Translations under genes and position numbers: made by a program
The notes under the pieces: generated by a model
The model's database searches: none
The model's input: the letters and a program-made list of their open reading frames with translations, nothing else
Told to the model about the DNA's origin: nothing
IMG/VR virus record: IMGVR_UViG_3300044825_000714
Location: 507-64,506 of that record
Length of the DNA stretch: 64,000 bases
Reading direction: 5' to 3' (one strand)
From: a virus
Lineage: Duplodnaviria > Caudoviricetes
In this document: positions 35,311-43,967 of the stretch, one piece after another
How the letters are laid out: each line of letters opens with the position of its first letter
Numbering within the stretch: the stretch's first letter is position 1

Positions 35311-36557
35311 TTCTCCACCACAACTTTCTGCCCAGCGGGCGGGGTCCAAGTCTTGTTCGCTGTCACCAACCACAGGGTCGGCACGTTGATGTCCCACTTG
35401 ATGTTGTTCTCCACGAACCCATCGGTGAACACGATCACACACTCAGCCTTGATCTCATGCTTGTTGATGTGACGGCTCACGCAGCCCACCTCGGTACCCC
35501 CGCCGCCCAGCGGCTTCAAGAGTTGCCCGATCTGGTCGTACTTCTCAGGCGTAAACAACTGCTCACCGTGGACCATCGTGTCCCACCACAGGACGCGCAC
35601 CGCCTCGGGCGTGACGACAGAACAGATAGATGCCAGTTCCGAGGCGAACTCGTTGATCTGCGCCTGACCAATCGATCCCGACGTATCAATCGCCACGACA
35701 ACCTCGCCTATCGTCTCAGCCTCGACTGAAGGCAAATACAAGTCATTGGGCAACTGACGACGGTTGAACTTGCGCCACGTGTATTCATCCTTGCCCGAGC
35801 ACGACGCGGACACGAACTCGGACAACTCCTTGCGCCAGTCAACGCTTGGCTCAAGCAACTCTTGGATCTGCCGGGGCAGCTTCAGACCCAGCCGCCCAGC
35901 CAGCAACGCACCTTCGCGCATCGCCCGGTCAATCTGGCTCTCCAGAGCTTGAGCTTCCTCGACAGAGCCGGGGCCACCGCTGATGTCGTGCTCGTCGAAC
36001 TGATAGGGATCAGCTTTGCCGCCGTTGCCGGGACCGGGCTGGCCTTGACCGCCACCGTCCTCACCGTCGCCATCTTGCGGTTCACCCTCGGATGAAGTCT
36101 TATCTTTCTCCTGCTCCTGCTGCTCTTGTTCAAGGATCGAGTACACCTGCCGCATGTTCATGTTGTGGAACCTCGGGTCGTGCAGTCCCCCCTTGGGCAG
36201 CGTGATGAACTTCTTGTCGTTGATCGACATGATCACGTCGTTGACCACATAGTCTGCCGCCATGTTGGCGAGTTGTTTGTTCTTGTTGAACAGATCACGA
36301 CTGTGCAGCAGATGACGGAACGCAATGTGCAAGTTCTCGTGCAGGATCAGGCCACGCAGATCAGAGTCCTCTGCGCAGACCGCCTCGATGAACGCCCTGC
36401 CGTACTTCTTGTTCACGCCGTCGGTGTACGCAGTCACTTGACTGTCCACGACCTCGGTCTCGCCCATCATCATCACGCCCGAATAGAACGCAGTCTCGGG
36501 GTGCTTCATCATGGACACGTGCGCACGCTTGATGCGCTGCTCGGTTGTCAGTTCCAT
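35307..36557 (-). CDS. Metallopeptidase-VWA protein (DUF2201 type)
   Basis: TAYTDG, LILHENLH, acidic linker, VAIDTSGS MIDAS, GGGGT, VFTDG. Confidence 0.88.
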   Translation of the reverse strand: MELTTEQRIKRAHVSMMKHPETAFYSGVMMMGETEVVDSQVTAYTDGVNKKYGRAFIEAVCAEDSDLRGLILHENLHIAFRHLLHSRDLFNKNKQLANMAADYVVNDVIMSINDKKFITLPKGGLHDPRFHNMNMRQVYSILEQEQQEQEKDKTSSEGEPQDGDGEDGGGQGQPGPGNGGKADPYQFDEHDISGGPGSVEEAQALESQIDRAMREGALLAGRLGLKLPRQIQELLEPSVDWRKELSEFVSASCSGKDEYTWRKFNRRQLPNDLYLPSVEAETIGEVVVAIDTSGSIGQAQINEFASELASICSVVTPEAVRVLWWDTMVHGEQLFTPEKYDQIGQLLKPLGGGGTEVGCVSRHINKHEIKAECVIVFTDGFVENNIKWDINVPTLWLVTANKTWTPPAGQKVVVEK

Positions 36558-36648
36558 CACTTCCTCCAGATAAAAACGTCCAGCAGTAGGACGATCAGAG
36601 CGGCAGCAAAGGCTGCCCGCTCCACCTTTTCGTACAGGGTTAGTTTTC

Positions 36649-36915
36649 TCACTCATCCCCCAAACCCACGACCCACTCAGTCATGGAAAGTTTCTTGGTA
36701 CGCAGCTTCATCTTCTTGGTGATGCGCACATGGCAATTGAATGCTTTGATCATCGCGTTACCCGACGGAGTGTTCTCGCGGGGGTCGGTCTGAATCAGCA
36801 TCCACTTCTGTTTCTGAAGCATGGCGAACCAAGCATCGTGGTCTATCACCAGCTTTACTGGCGGATACACAGCCTGCGCCTCCAACAATTCGGTGGGCAC
36901 TTCGCTCCATTTCAT
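36649..36915 (-). CDS. Hypothetical protein
   Basis: GAGG RBS; between AAA and VWA genes. Confidence 0.5.
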   Translation of the reverse strand: MKWSEVPTELLEAQAVYPPVKLVIDHDAWFAMLQKQKWMLIQTDPRENTPSGNAMIKAFNCHVRITKKMKLRTKKLSMTEWVVGLGDE

Positions 36916-36923
36916 CCCTCACC

Positions 36924-37994
36924 TCACAGCATGTAGTTGTTGGCTGCAGCCCAGTTGGTGATCTCTTGGTTGAAACGCGCCAGCTTGGGTTTGCTGCGCA
37001 GCATCATCGTAAAGAACAGCGACTGCACCTCGCCACGCGGGATGCGATTCACGAACTTCATATAAGCGTTCAGGTCATCCTGAGTCTTAAGATAGTCACA
37101 CGCCTCCAGCATCATCATGATCAGCGCCGAGGTGTCATCGGGCACGGGGGTTGTGTCCGGGGACTTGATGATGTCAGCAGTCAGGGTGAGCTTGCTCTCC
37201 AGCGCAATGAACGCAGCCATCGACTTCGCAGCAGCCTCACCGATGGTGCCGGCCAAGCCCACCGCCAGAGCGTTCTCCGTGATCTGAGACTTCCTCTTCA
37301 CAAACACATCGCACTTCGCCAGGGAGCGGGGCGACACGAACTGCCGACCCTTCTGGCTGGGCTTGAAGATGTACGGGTTGTCGTCCTGATCACCGTCCAG
37401 ATACGACGCGAACGCCTTGGGGTTCATCGCCGCCCACGCACGGATCGGACGCGCAATGCCCTGCTTGCTGGCCCAGTCGTTCCACTCATCAAAGTTGGGC
37501 TTGCGCATCTCCACCTTGCACACCCGGTTGCCAGCGTGGTCGAGCATCGCATCACCTACTCCATCGCTCGTATTGTTCGACGTGGCAAACACAATGCTTC
37601 CTTCAGGCAGGGGCACGTCGCCCACAGTCCGCTCCAGCATCAGCCGGGTGAAGATCACCTGCAGCAGCTTGGGTGCCTTCATGAACTCGTCGAGCATGAT
37701 CACCTTCTTCTTGCCGTTGCCCAGCTTGAAGAGACTGGAGACGTAGTACTCAAGGGACTTGGTCTCGTGGTTGGGGATCGACGCAGCAATGTCCATCATG
37801 TCCTTGACCGGGCAGTCAACGTAGATGAAGTCGTAGTCGTCCTCGCCCATCTCAGCGCGCAGGGTGTTCAGGATCGAGGACTTGCCCACGCCCGGTTCGC
37901 TGATGACGATGTGGGTGATCTGGTCGCCCATGATCTTGATCATGTCTTTGACTTCGCTGATGGACGCGGTCATGCGGAAATTTACTTTGCTCAT
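36924..37994 (-). CDS. MoxR-like AAA+ ATPase
   Basis: SEPGVGKS Walker A, MLDEF Walker B, ATSN sensor, SPRS. Confidence 0.85.
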   Translation of the reverse strand: MSKVNFRMTASISEVKDMIKIMGDQITHIVISEPGVGKSSILNTLRAEMGEDDYDFIYVDCPVKDMMDIAASIPNHETKSLEYYVSSLFKLGNGKKKVIMLDEFMKAPKLLQVIFTRLMLERTVGDVPLPEGSIVFATSNNTSDGVGDAMLDHAGNRVCKVEMRKPNFDEWNDWASKQGIARPIRAWAAMNPKAFASYLDGDQDDNPYIFKPSQKGRQFVSPRSLAKCDVFVKRKSQITENALAVGLAGTIGEAAAKSMAAFIALESKLTLTADIIKSPDTTPVPDDTSALIMMMLEACDYLKTQDDLNAYMKFVNRIPRGEVQSLFFTMMLRSKPKLARFNQEITNWAAANNYML

Positions 37995-38041
37995 GGCTTT
38001 CTCTCGGTTGGTTGATCAACGGTTCAGGGTGGGGTGAGGCT

Positions 38042-38242
38042 TTATCTCACCATGGAATTCACAAGCTCGTCCAGGGACTTCGCTGACGCTTTGATCTCGT
38101 AGCCCAGCTTCTTGATCTGGGCGAGAGTATCTTCGGTCAGGGTCTTCGTGCCTGCAATCGCAGCGAACGCTTTCGCGTTCTCGCACGATGGGTAGTACAC
38201 CCACTTGCCGTACTTCGGCTCGATGATGACTTCAATCTTCAT
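38042..38242 (-). CDS. Hypothetical early protein
   Basis: YG...YYP.C..A..FA.IAGTKTLT motif; GGAGAAAGC RBS. Confidence 0.7.
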   Translation of the reverse strand: MKIEVIIEPKYGKWVYYPSCENAKAFAAIAGTKTLTEDTLAQIKKLGYEIKASAKSLDELVNSMVR

Positions 38243-38472
38243 TTCGCTTTCTCCTTGTGTTTGCGCAGAGCTTCTCGCCCCGCATCGGTTAATCTATCCA
38301 CGGCGATCAGGTTCCCGTCCGAGCGCCGCACAGTCTTACCCGATGAGAGTAGTCCACGCCTGCGCAGTGACCAGTACGTGTTCCAACTCCCGGGCTTGTC
38401 GTTGTACATCTTGAATCCCCAGCCCTTCTCAAACATGCACAGCATGGAGATTTGTTTAGGGCTCAGGGTCAT
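38239..38472 (-). CDS. Hypothetical early protein
   Basis: SL.RRGL and LTDAGREAL winged-helix-like signature. Confidence 0.6.
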   Translation of the reverse strand: MTLSPKQISMLCMFEKGWGFKMYNDKPGSWNTYWSLRRRGLLSSGKTVRRSDGNLIAVDRLTDAGREALRKHKEKAK

Positions 38473-38473
38473 C

Positions 38474-38638
38474 TCATTTCATCTCCTCAACGGATTCAAC
38501 TTCCCATGTGGCATGGCCCGTGTCGGCTCGGTTGTCCAACTCTTTCCACGCTAGCTCTTCAGCCTCGTCTTGGGTTTCTGCCTGCACAGCGATCACGATG
38601 TAGCTCGTGCGGCGCAGTTCAACTTCAAAGGTCTTCAT
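38474..38638 (-). CDS. Small acidic protein (54 aa)
   Basis: MKTFEVEL...VQAETQDEAEELA; GAGGAG RBS. Confidence 0.55.
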   Translation of the reverse strand: MKTFEVELRRTSYIVIAVQAETQDEAEELAWKELDNRADTGHATWEVESVEEMK

Positions 38639-38641
38639 GGT

Positions 38642-39568
38642 TTACTCCTCGTCGGTAGTTAAAGTCAAAGGGGCGAACTTGCTCAAAATGTCATCGAGGC
38701 CATCCTTGACCTGAGCACGCGCCGAGGGCGACTCGCGCAGGTCGTCCAGCGTAATCCCGTCCAGCGTCTGCTCCAGCTTCATCCGGGCCTGTTCTAATTC
38801 TTGGTTGCCAGTCAGGTTGAAGTTACGCAGCAGGTCGATCATCCCCTTGGCCTGATTCACCGTGCTCTCGTAGATGCGCTTGCGCTTAACCTTCCCTTCA
38901 TCGTCAGCCTGAACCTCAATACAGGCGTTACGCAGTCGGCTGGCGTACTCGATGAGTTGGTCCGTCGCATCGCCCATCACACGCTCGATGATGTCCTTGG
39001 TCTGCTGCTCGTAGTGGTTCTTCAGATCATCAGCCAGCGCCTGAGCGATCCCGCCCGAGCGGAAGTCACCAGCGGGCACCGTGGTTGTGATCAACTTCAT
39101 ACGGAACTTGCGCCGCACATCTTTCACGTCAGGGTACTCTGAACGGTCAAACATGTCGCCCTGCTTGAACGCAGCGTCAGAGACAAGGCTCGGGTACGCC
39201 TGTTCGAACTCGTCCAAGAGCTTGCTGAACGTCGCTTCATGCTCGGCATACTCCTTCTTGAACTGCTCCAGTCGGAAGGTCGGCAGCAGGCGCATCGACC
39301 CGGCCCAGTCATAGGTGCATCGCTGCAGCCAGTTGTACACAGTCTGCCGATGGTTCAAAAGCGCTTTGTGTTGGGGGCAGTTGGCCAGCAGGTGCTTGGT
39401 GAACTTGCCAGCGTCTGCAGAGGCATTCTTCTGCAGCGTGACCTCGTTGGAGATCTGCTTGTCCTGCTTGGTCGCAGTCCAGACGTTGACCTCGGCGCTG
39501 ACGATGAGAGCGGAGGAAGACAGCGAGATCAGGTGCTGCGGGGCAGTGAGGGAGATTGGTGCGTTCAT
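38642..39568 (-). CDS. Conserved helical early protein (DUF3150-like)
   Basis: 308 aa; W...K.D, K.LL, FD.SEYP and FNLTG motifs; upstream of AAA/VWA pair. Confidence 0.65.
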   Translation of the reverse strand: MNAPISLTAPQHLISLSSSALIVSAEVNVWTATKQDKQISNEVTLQKNASADAGKFTKHLLANCPQHKALLNHRQTVYNWLQRCTYDWAGSMRLLPTFRLEQFKKEYAEHEATFSKLLDEFEQAYPSLVSDAAFKQGDMFDRSEYPDVKDVRRKFRMKLITTTVPAGDFRSGGIAQALADDLKNHYEQQTKDIIERVMGDATDQLIEYASRLRNACIEVQADDEGKVKRKRIYESTVNQAKGMIDLLRNFNLTGNQELEQARMKLEQTLDGITLDDLRESPSARAQVKDGLDDILSKFAPLTLTTDEE

Positions 39569-39610
39569 GGTTTACTTTCTTTAGGTTACGGGTCAGGGTT
39601 GGGTGAAGGG

Positions 39611-39847
39611 TTAGTTGACTGGTACGTATTTGCTGTTGATGCCACGGGCGAGGTCACGCGCACTCTCGGCGGTGAAGAACATCGCCCCCTGCTTGTGGGG
39701 AGTCAGGATGCACCATGACTCTCGTTGTTTGATTGATTGACCCTCCCCACACGGCATGCACAGGTGATACCCGGCGTTCGCCCGTTTGGGGCTGTACGGG
39801 TCGCCGCATGCGGCGCAGATCGGCTTGAGTCTTCGGTTGTGTCCCAT
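39611..39847 (-). CDS. Small zinc-finger protein
   Basis: CAACG...R...GY..C..CG and HKQG. Confidence 0.65.
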   Translation of the reverse strand: MGHNRRLKPICAACGDPYSPKRANAGYHLCMPCGEGQSIKQRESWCILTPHKQGAMFFTAESARDLARGINSKYVPVN

Positions 39848-39921
39848 AATGCTTTCTCCTTGGTTGATGATTGAGACGGGTTGGTTGCCAGGTGTTGCTT
39901 CAGGGTTGGGTGAAGCGTTGT

Positions 39922-40203
39922 TTAGGTGTAGTCCACACGCATCATGCGAATCTGATACGTTGCCTCGTACCCATCGCGTGCATCTCCCTCGCGCAGCGTC
40001 GCCATATCGCGCTGCGCGGTTTCTTCCTTGGTGTAGACGGACAGCGGCTTGCCGTTCATCGTGAGGATGAACACGAACCGGGGAGCGAGGGCGTTGGGGG
40101 AGGGGTGGCCGGACGCGGGGAAAGTCACCGCATCGCGGGGAGCCGAGGCATAGTTGCCCGGCTGCATCATCAACTCAAAAAACTGACGTTTGACTGCACT
40201 CAT
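39922..40203 (-). CDS. Hypothetical early protein
   Basis: AGGAG RBS downstream of promoter and palindrome. Confidence 0.55.
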   Translation of the reverse strand: MSAVKRQFFELMMQPGNYASAPRDAVTFPASGHPSPNALAPRFVFILTMNGKPLSVYTKEETAQRDMATLREGDARDGYEATYQIRMMRVDYT

Positions 40204-40290
40204 ACTGACTCCTGACTGGTTGATACTGCACTTCAGGGTGGCCTGAAGTCTTAACTAAGCTGGGTTGCATTGCGCTTTCCCAGCGTCTCC

Positions 40291-40319
40291 ATTGTACCGT
40301 AACTTGACACTTGGTGCAA
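40291..40319 (-). promoter_or_regulatory. Early sigma70 promoter
   Basis: TTGCAC-17 bp-TACAAT followed by a leader hairpin. Confidence 0.7.
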
Positions 40320-40337
40320 GGGTTTCACGCAAGTTTT

Positions 40338-40574
40338 TTATCTGGGTGGGCTGAGTTGGTTCAGCGCCTCGACCATCGCTTGCGCCTCGTGCCGGAACAG
40401 GCATGGGTACGTGATCTCTTCGTCGCCGCGCCCCACGACGTAGGTCGGGCCTGCGCCTTCTTCGTCTGTTCGGGCGAACCAGTAGACGGGCATCTGAAAT
40501 GCATCTGAAATGGCGGCTCCCCCTGACTCCTTGACTTTGGCCCCGGGAGGAGGGGGTAACTTTGCTTCATTCAT
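40338..40574 (-). CDS. Hypothetical early protein
   Basis: AGAGAAAGC upstream of ATG. Confidence 0.5.
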   Translation of the reverse strand: MNEAKLPPPPGAKVKESGGAAISDAFQMPVYWFARTDEEGAGPTYVVGRGDEEITYPCLFRHEAQAMVEALNQLSPPR

Positions 40575-40596
40575 GGTGTGTTGCTTTCTCTGGGGA

Positions 40597-40947
40597 TTAC
40601 AGAACGTCGTAGCCGGTGCAGAACCGGAACAACTCGACCTCGTCCATCGGGGCGGTGATCGTCAGCCCGTCGTACTCGTTGTCAACGTCGTGGAAGGCAT
40701 CGGCGTGCTCCCCTGCGGTTTCGAGGTTGACGAGGTAGGCGTCATCCACCCGGTACTCGATGTTGGCCAGATGTTTGTCCACCGCTTCAGGCAAGGCTGA
40801 GGCGTTGTTCGTGGGCTTGGTCCTCTGGGTTGCGAGGCGCAACGTCTTGCGCATGGGGCGGGGGAAGGCAGCGTGATGCGCTGTGGCATCGGTGGAGGAG
40901 GAGGAGGAGGTGGGGGGCCAAGAAGTGGAAACAAACGATGCGTTCAT
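40597..40947 (-). CDS. Hypothetical early protein (116 aa)
   Basis: GGAGAAAGC RBS fixes start at 40947 rather than 41352. Confidence 0.55.
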   Translation of the reverse strand: MNASFVSTSWPPTSSSSSTDATAHHAAFPRPMRKTLRLATQRTKPTNNASALPEAVDKHLANIEYRVDDAYLVNLETAGEHADAFHDVDNEYDGLTITAPMDEVELFRFCTGYDVL

Positions 40948-41037
40948 GATGCTTTCTCCGGTTGGGTTGGGATGTACTTCAGGGTACCCTGAAGCGTTAA
41001 ATTGTGGGGCTGTGTAGATGCTTTCCCCACAGAGGTC

Positions 41038-41066
41038 ATTGTACCACGGGCGGTTCTTCAAAGCAA
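41038..41066 (-). promoter_or_regulatory. Early sigma70 promoter
   Basis: TTGCTT-17 bp-TACAAT with TG extension. Confidence 0.7.
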
Positions 41067-41099
41067 GTCTTTGTGTAAAAAAGTTAGATGGGGAGCCGG

Positions 41100-41670
41100 C
41101 GGGAGCTGGAATCGCTGAGCGTAGAAAAAGCTTTTGCTTAAAGTTCGTTTGGGGGTGTTTTTGTAAGTTTCGCGTAAATCGAAGAAAGTATTCAAATTTC
41201 ACATTATGGTGAAAATATGTAAAGAGTGTCAGAATAGGGTTGGAACTGGAACAAAAATTGGAACTGTGGATAAGAGGAAAAGTGAAGAAAAAGATCAATG
41301 AAATCAATAGGATAGAGAGTAGTGTAGTGTGTATAAGTTGTTGATATTCCATATTCCAGCTTTTTTTAAAGAACGGCGGGTTGCGGACCGTCTTTTTTTT
41401 GCCTATTTTTTAAGCACCTGCAAAACAGCCCTTGCGATCACGAAACTCTCCAAAGTCCAGCTTTACACAAAACTGCTGGAATCTTGGAATTTTGGAATTT
41501 TTCAGGCAAAAACCTAATAAAATCAAGCACTTACGCGGTTCCAATTTTGGAATCGTGGTCAAAATGACTTGGAACGCTGGAACTTAGTCTTCACTAACTT
41601 CCAATGAGAAATTCCAAGATTCCAACTCGATTCCAATTCCGCTGGAACAAATTCCAATTGGCTGGAACGG
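41100..41670. other. AT-rich non-coding region with TGGAA iterons and IHF-consensus sites (candidate origin or packaging site)
   Basis: 20 copies of TGGAA/TTCCA counted by eye; WATCAANNNNTTR matches at 41334-41346 (-) and 41521-41533 (+). Confidence 0.65.
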
Positions 41671-41790
41671 CGGGACTTCAGGCTACCCTGAAGTGTTAAA
41701 TAACTTTCTTGTGCCAGGCATTGGCATCAGCAGGCTCACGCAGGCTCAAGTACGCGCGCGAAGACATATAACTGGCATCAAACAGGGCGC

Positions 41791-41828
41791 AAAAAAGCCC
41801 CGACCCAGCCGGAGCCAGATCGGGGCTT
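41791..41828 (-). terminator. Intrinsic terminator
   Basis: AAGCCCCGATCTGGCTCCGGCTGGGTCGGGGC-TTTTTT after paralog A. Confidence 0.8.
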
Positions 41829-41835
41829 GTAGTGA

Positions 41836-42453
41836 TTAGGTGTTATACACCTTCCAGAAGGCATCGACCGCCATCCGGAACTTCACAGGGTCGGCTGTCG
41901 AGTCCGACAGAGTGCGAGATTGCGCAACCTTCACTCGCTTGTCGAGTGCGGCAAAGGCATCTTTCAGGGCCTCCGCGAATACCTTGTTTTGGGCACGCTC
42001 TTTCGGAGCGTCTCCATTCACGATCCGCTTGCAGGCACTACGCAGGTCAGCCATGCAATTGCTGGCGTACTTAGAGAATTTCTCACGCCATTGTTTGACA
42101 ATGGAGTGCAGGGCCGGATTCTCTTCCTTGAGCTTGCCGTAGGATTGTGCTGTGTACGCCATGGCCACATTCACATCGATGCTGATGCCGCCATCTGCCG
42201 CAGGGATCAAGGTACCACCCTCACCCAGCCGGAAGGCTTGTGCTCCCCAGAGTTCGTGAGCACGAAGCTGGAAGCCAGCGAAGAGTTCAGCCTTCACTTC
42301 CGCCGGACAATCGTCGAGGAAGTCCGGGCACTGCTCCAGCACGAACTGAGCGATTGCCTTGCGGCCCTCACCGATCTGCGCGGTTTGATACCCGGCATCT
42401 TTGAGGGAGCGGGGAGCGACAGCCTGTTGCACAGGGGTTTGTTTTGCTTTCAT
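41836..42453 (-). CDS. Early protein, paralog A (205 aa)
   Basis: GGAGAAA RBS; own promoter and terminator; about 78% identical to 42671-43288 by manual alignment. Confidence 0.85.
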   Translation of the reverse strand: MKAKQTPVQQAVAPRSLKDAGYQTAQIGEGRKAIAQFVLEQCPDFLDDCPAEVKAELFAGFQLRAHELWGAQAFRLGEGGTLIPAADGGISIDVNVAMAYTAQSYGKLKEENPALHSIVKQWREKFSKYASNCMADLRSACKRIVNGDAPKERAQNKVFAEALKDAFAALDKRVKVAQSRTLSDSTADPVKFRMAVDAFWKVYNT

Positions 42454-42507
42454 GATTTCTCCATAAAGCAGGTTGATCCGGCCAGCACCTTGCTGTCCGG
42501 TAATTAT

Positions 42508-42537
42508 GTTATGCCACATCACAGGCGAGATAATCAA
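42508..42537 (-). promoter_or_regulatory. Early promoter
   Basis: TTGATT-18 bp-CATAAC. Confidence 0.55.
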
Positions 42538-42628
42538 GGTTTCAGGGGGACCTGAGACGTTAAATAGCCCGGCTGACTCGCGCCCGGGCGCGCGCGAAAA
42601 CACATAACTGGTATCAAAAAACGGGCAC

Positions 42629-42663
42629 AAAAAAACCCCGCATGGCGCGAACCATGCGGGGTT
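42629..42663 (-). terminator. Intrinsic terminator
   Basis: AACCCCGCATGG-TTCGCG-CCATGCGGGG-TTTTTTT after paralog B. Confidence 0.85.
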
Positions 42664-42670
42664 AGGGCGA

Positions 42671-43288
42671 TTAGCCGTTGTAGACTTTCCAGAACGCGTC
42701 AACCGCCATGCGGTATTTAACCGGGTCAGCAGTCGAGTCGGTCAACGTACGGGCCTGCGCTACTTTCACCCGTTTATCGAGTGACGCGAACGCATCCTTC
42801 AGCGCCTCAGCGAATGTCTTATTGGATGCCCGTTCACGCGGCGTGTCTTCGTTCAGGATACGCTTACACGCCGTTCTCAAGTCTGCCATGCAGTTGCTAG
42901 CGTACTTGCTGAAGCGGTCGCGCCAGACGCGAATCAGACCATGCAGCGCCGGGTTTTCATCCTTCAGTTTCCCGTAGGACTGCGCGGTATAGGCCATGGC
43001 GACGTTCACGTCGATATTGATCCCGCCGTTCGGGTCTTCAATCAGCGCGCCCGTATCGCCGTTGCGGTAGGTCTTGCTGCCCCAAAGTTCGTTCGCGCGC
43101 AGTTGAAAACCCGCGAACAATTCCTCTTTCACCTCTTTCGGGCAGTCGTCCAGAAACGTCGGGCATTGCTGCAGGACGTACTGCGCTACCGCTTTGCGGC
43201 CTTCGCCCAGTTGGGCGGTCTGGTAACCCGCATCCTTCAGAGAACGGGGGGACACTGCGGCCTGGATGGCCGTTTGCTTTGCTTTCAT
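42671..43288 (-). CDS. Early protein, paralog B (205 aa)
   Basis: AGGAGA RBS; collinear with paralog A. Confidence 0.85.
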   Translation of the reverse strand: MKAKQTAIQAAVSPRSLKDAGYQTAQLGEGRKAVAQYVLQQCPTFLDDCPKEVKEELFAGFQLRANELWGSKTYRNGDTGALIEDPNGGINIDVNVAMAYTAQSYGKLKDENPALHGLIRVWRDRFSKYASNCMADLRTACKRILNEDTPRERASNKTFAEALKDAFASLDKRVKVAQARTLTDSTADPVKYRMAVDAFWKVYNG

Positions 43289-43341
43289 TTCACTATCTCC
43301 TAGTGGGTTGACCCGGGTAGCGACCGCTACCCGGTAATGAT

Positions 43342-43371
43342 GTTATGCCCCATATCACCCGGGAAAGTCAA
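43342..43371 (-). promoter_or_regulatory. Early promoter
   Basis: TTGACT-18 bp-CATAAC. Confidence 0.6.
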
Positions 43372-43477
43372 AACTTCAGGGGGGACTGAAGCGTTAAATA
43401 GCGCGCTTGTCCGGCCTCGCGCCCGACGCACGCGGCGACACATAACTGGTATCAAAGGGAGCCGAAGCTCCCAATGA

Positions 43478-43585
43478 TCAGGCCTCGTTGTGCCAGCGCC
43501 AGCAGAGCAGACGCTTGGCCTTGATGGCCTCGTTGAGTGCCAGATGCACGTGGTGTCGCCAGAGGTTGATCTGTCCTACTGTCAT
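43478..43585 (-). CDS. Small early peptide (35 aa)
   Basis: GGAGAAAGC RBS; followed by GGGAGC-TTCG-GCTCCC-TTT hairpin. Confidence 0.45.
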   Translation of the reverse strand: MTVGQINLWRHHVHLALNEAIKAKRLLCWRWHNEA

Positions 43586-43623
43586 TGCTTTCTCCAGTTG
43601 ATGGGGGCCGAAGCCCCCGGGTT

Positions 43624-43926
43624 TCACATCTCGCCGGTATCCCGCAGGTAGGCCCCATTGAATGTTGCCTTGTAGAAACCGAAGCCTGAGATGTACTGCT
43701 CAGGGTCAGTGCCGTACCGCGCCCCGATATAGCCACCATTGGGGTCGGTGATGTAGAACAGCACACGGGGATGCTGCGTGGTTCCTGCAATAGCAGCCAT
43801 GCGCTGATAGCGTTGGTCAGCGTCAGGCGCTGAGTGTGCCCAGAACAAGAGCATGTAGGGCTTGAGTTGCACGCTGTTGGGCCACTCGCGCAGTTGCGCG
43901 TTAAGCAGTTCTTTGTATGTCTTCAT
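43624..43926 (-). CDS. Hypothetical early protein
   Basis: GGAGAA RBS; flanked by direct repeats. Confidence 0.6.
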   Translation of the reverse strand: MKTYKELLNAQLREWPNSVQLKPYMLLFWAHSAPDADQRYQRMAAIAGTTQHPRVLFYITDPNGGYIGARYGTDPEQYISGFGFYKATFNGAYLRDTGEM

Positions 43927-43967
43927 TTCATTCTCCAGTTGATGGGGGGCACAAGGCCCCCCGGGTT

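Larger units (their letters stand above)
38022..43391. repeat. Dispersed 18-bp palindrome CTTCAG-N6-CTGAAG, 8 copies
   Basis: Copies start at 38022, 39591, 39898, 40231, 40977, 41676, 42540 and 43374; all intergenic. Confidence 0.85.

Noticed and set aside
40948-41352. N-terminal extension of ORF 40597-41352
   Set aside because: Runs through a promoter, palindrome and AT-rich iterons; the RBS supports a start at 40947
42454-42702. N-terminal extension of ORF 41836-42702
   Set aside because: Covers terminator, repeat and promoter; the paralog alignment starts at MKAKQT (42453)
38022-43472. CRISPR array or integron
   Set aside because: Repeats are hundreds of bp apart and separated by whole genes; no cas operon or integron integrase; the Cas4-like gene is a normal replication-module exonuclease
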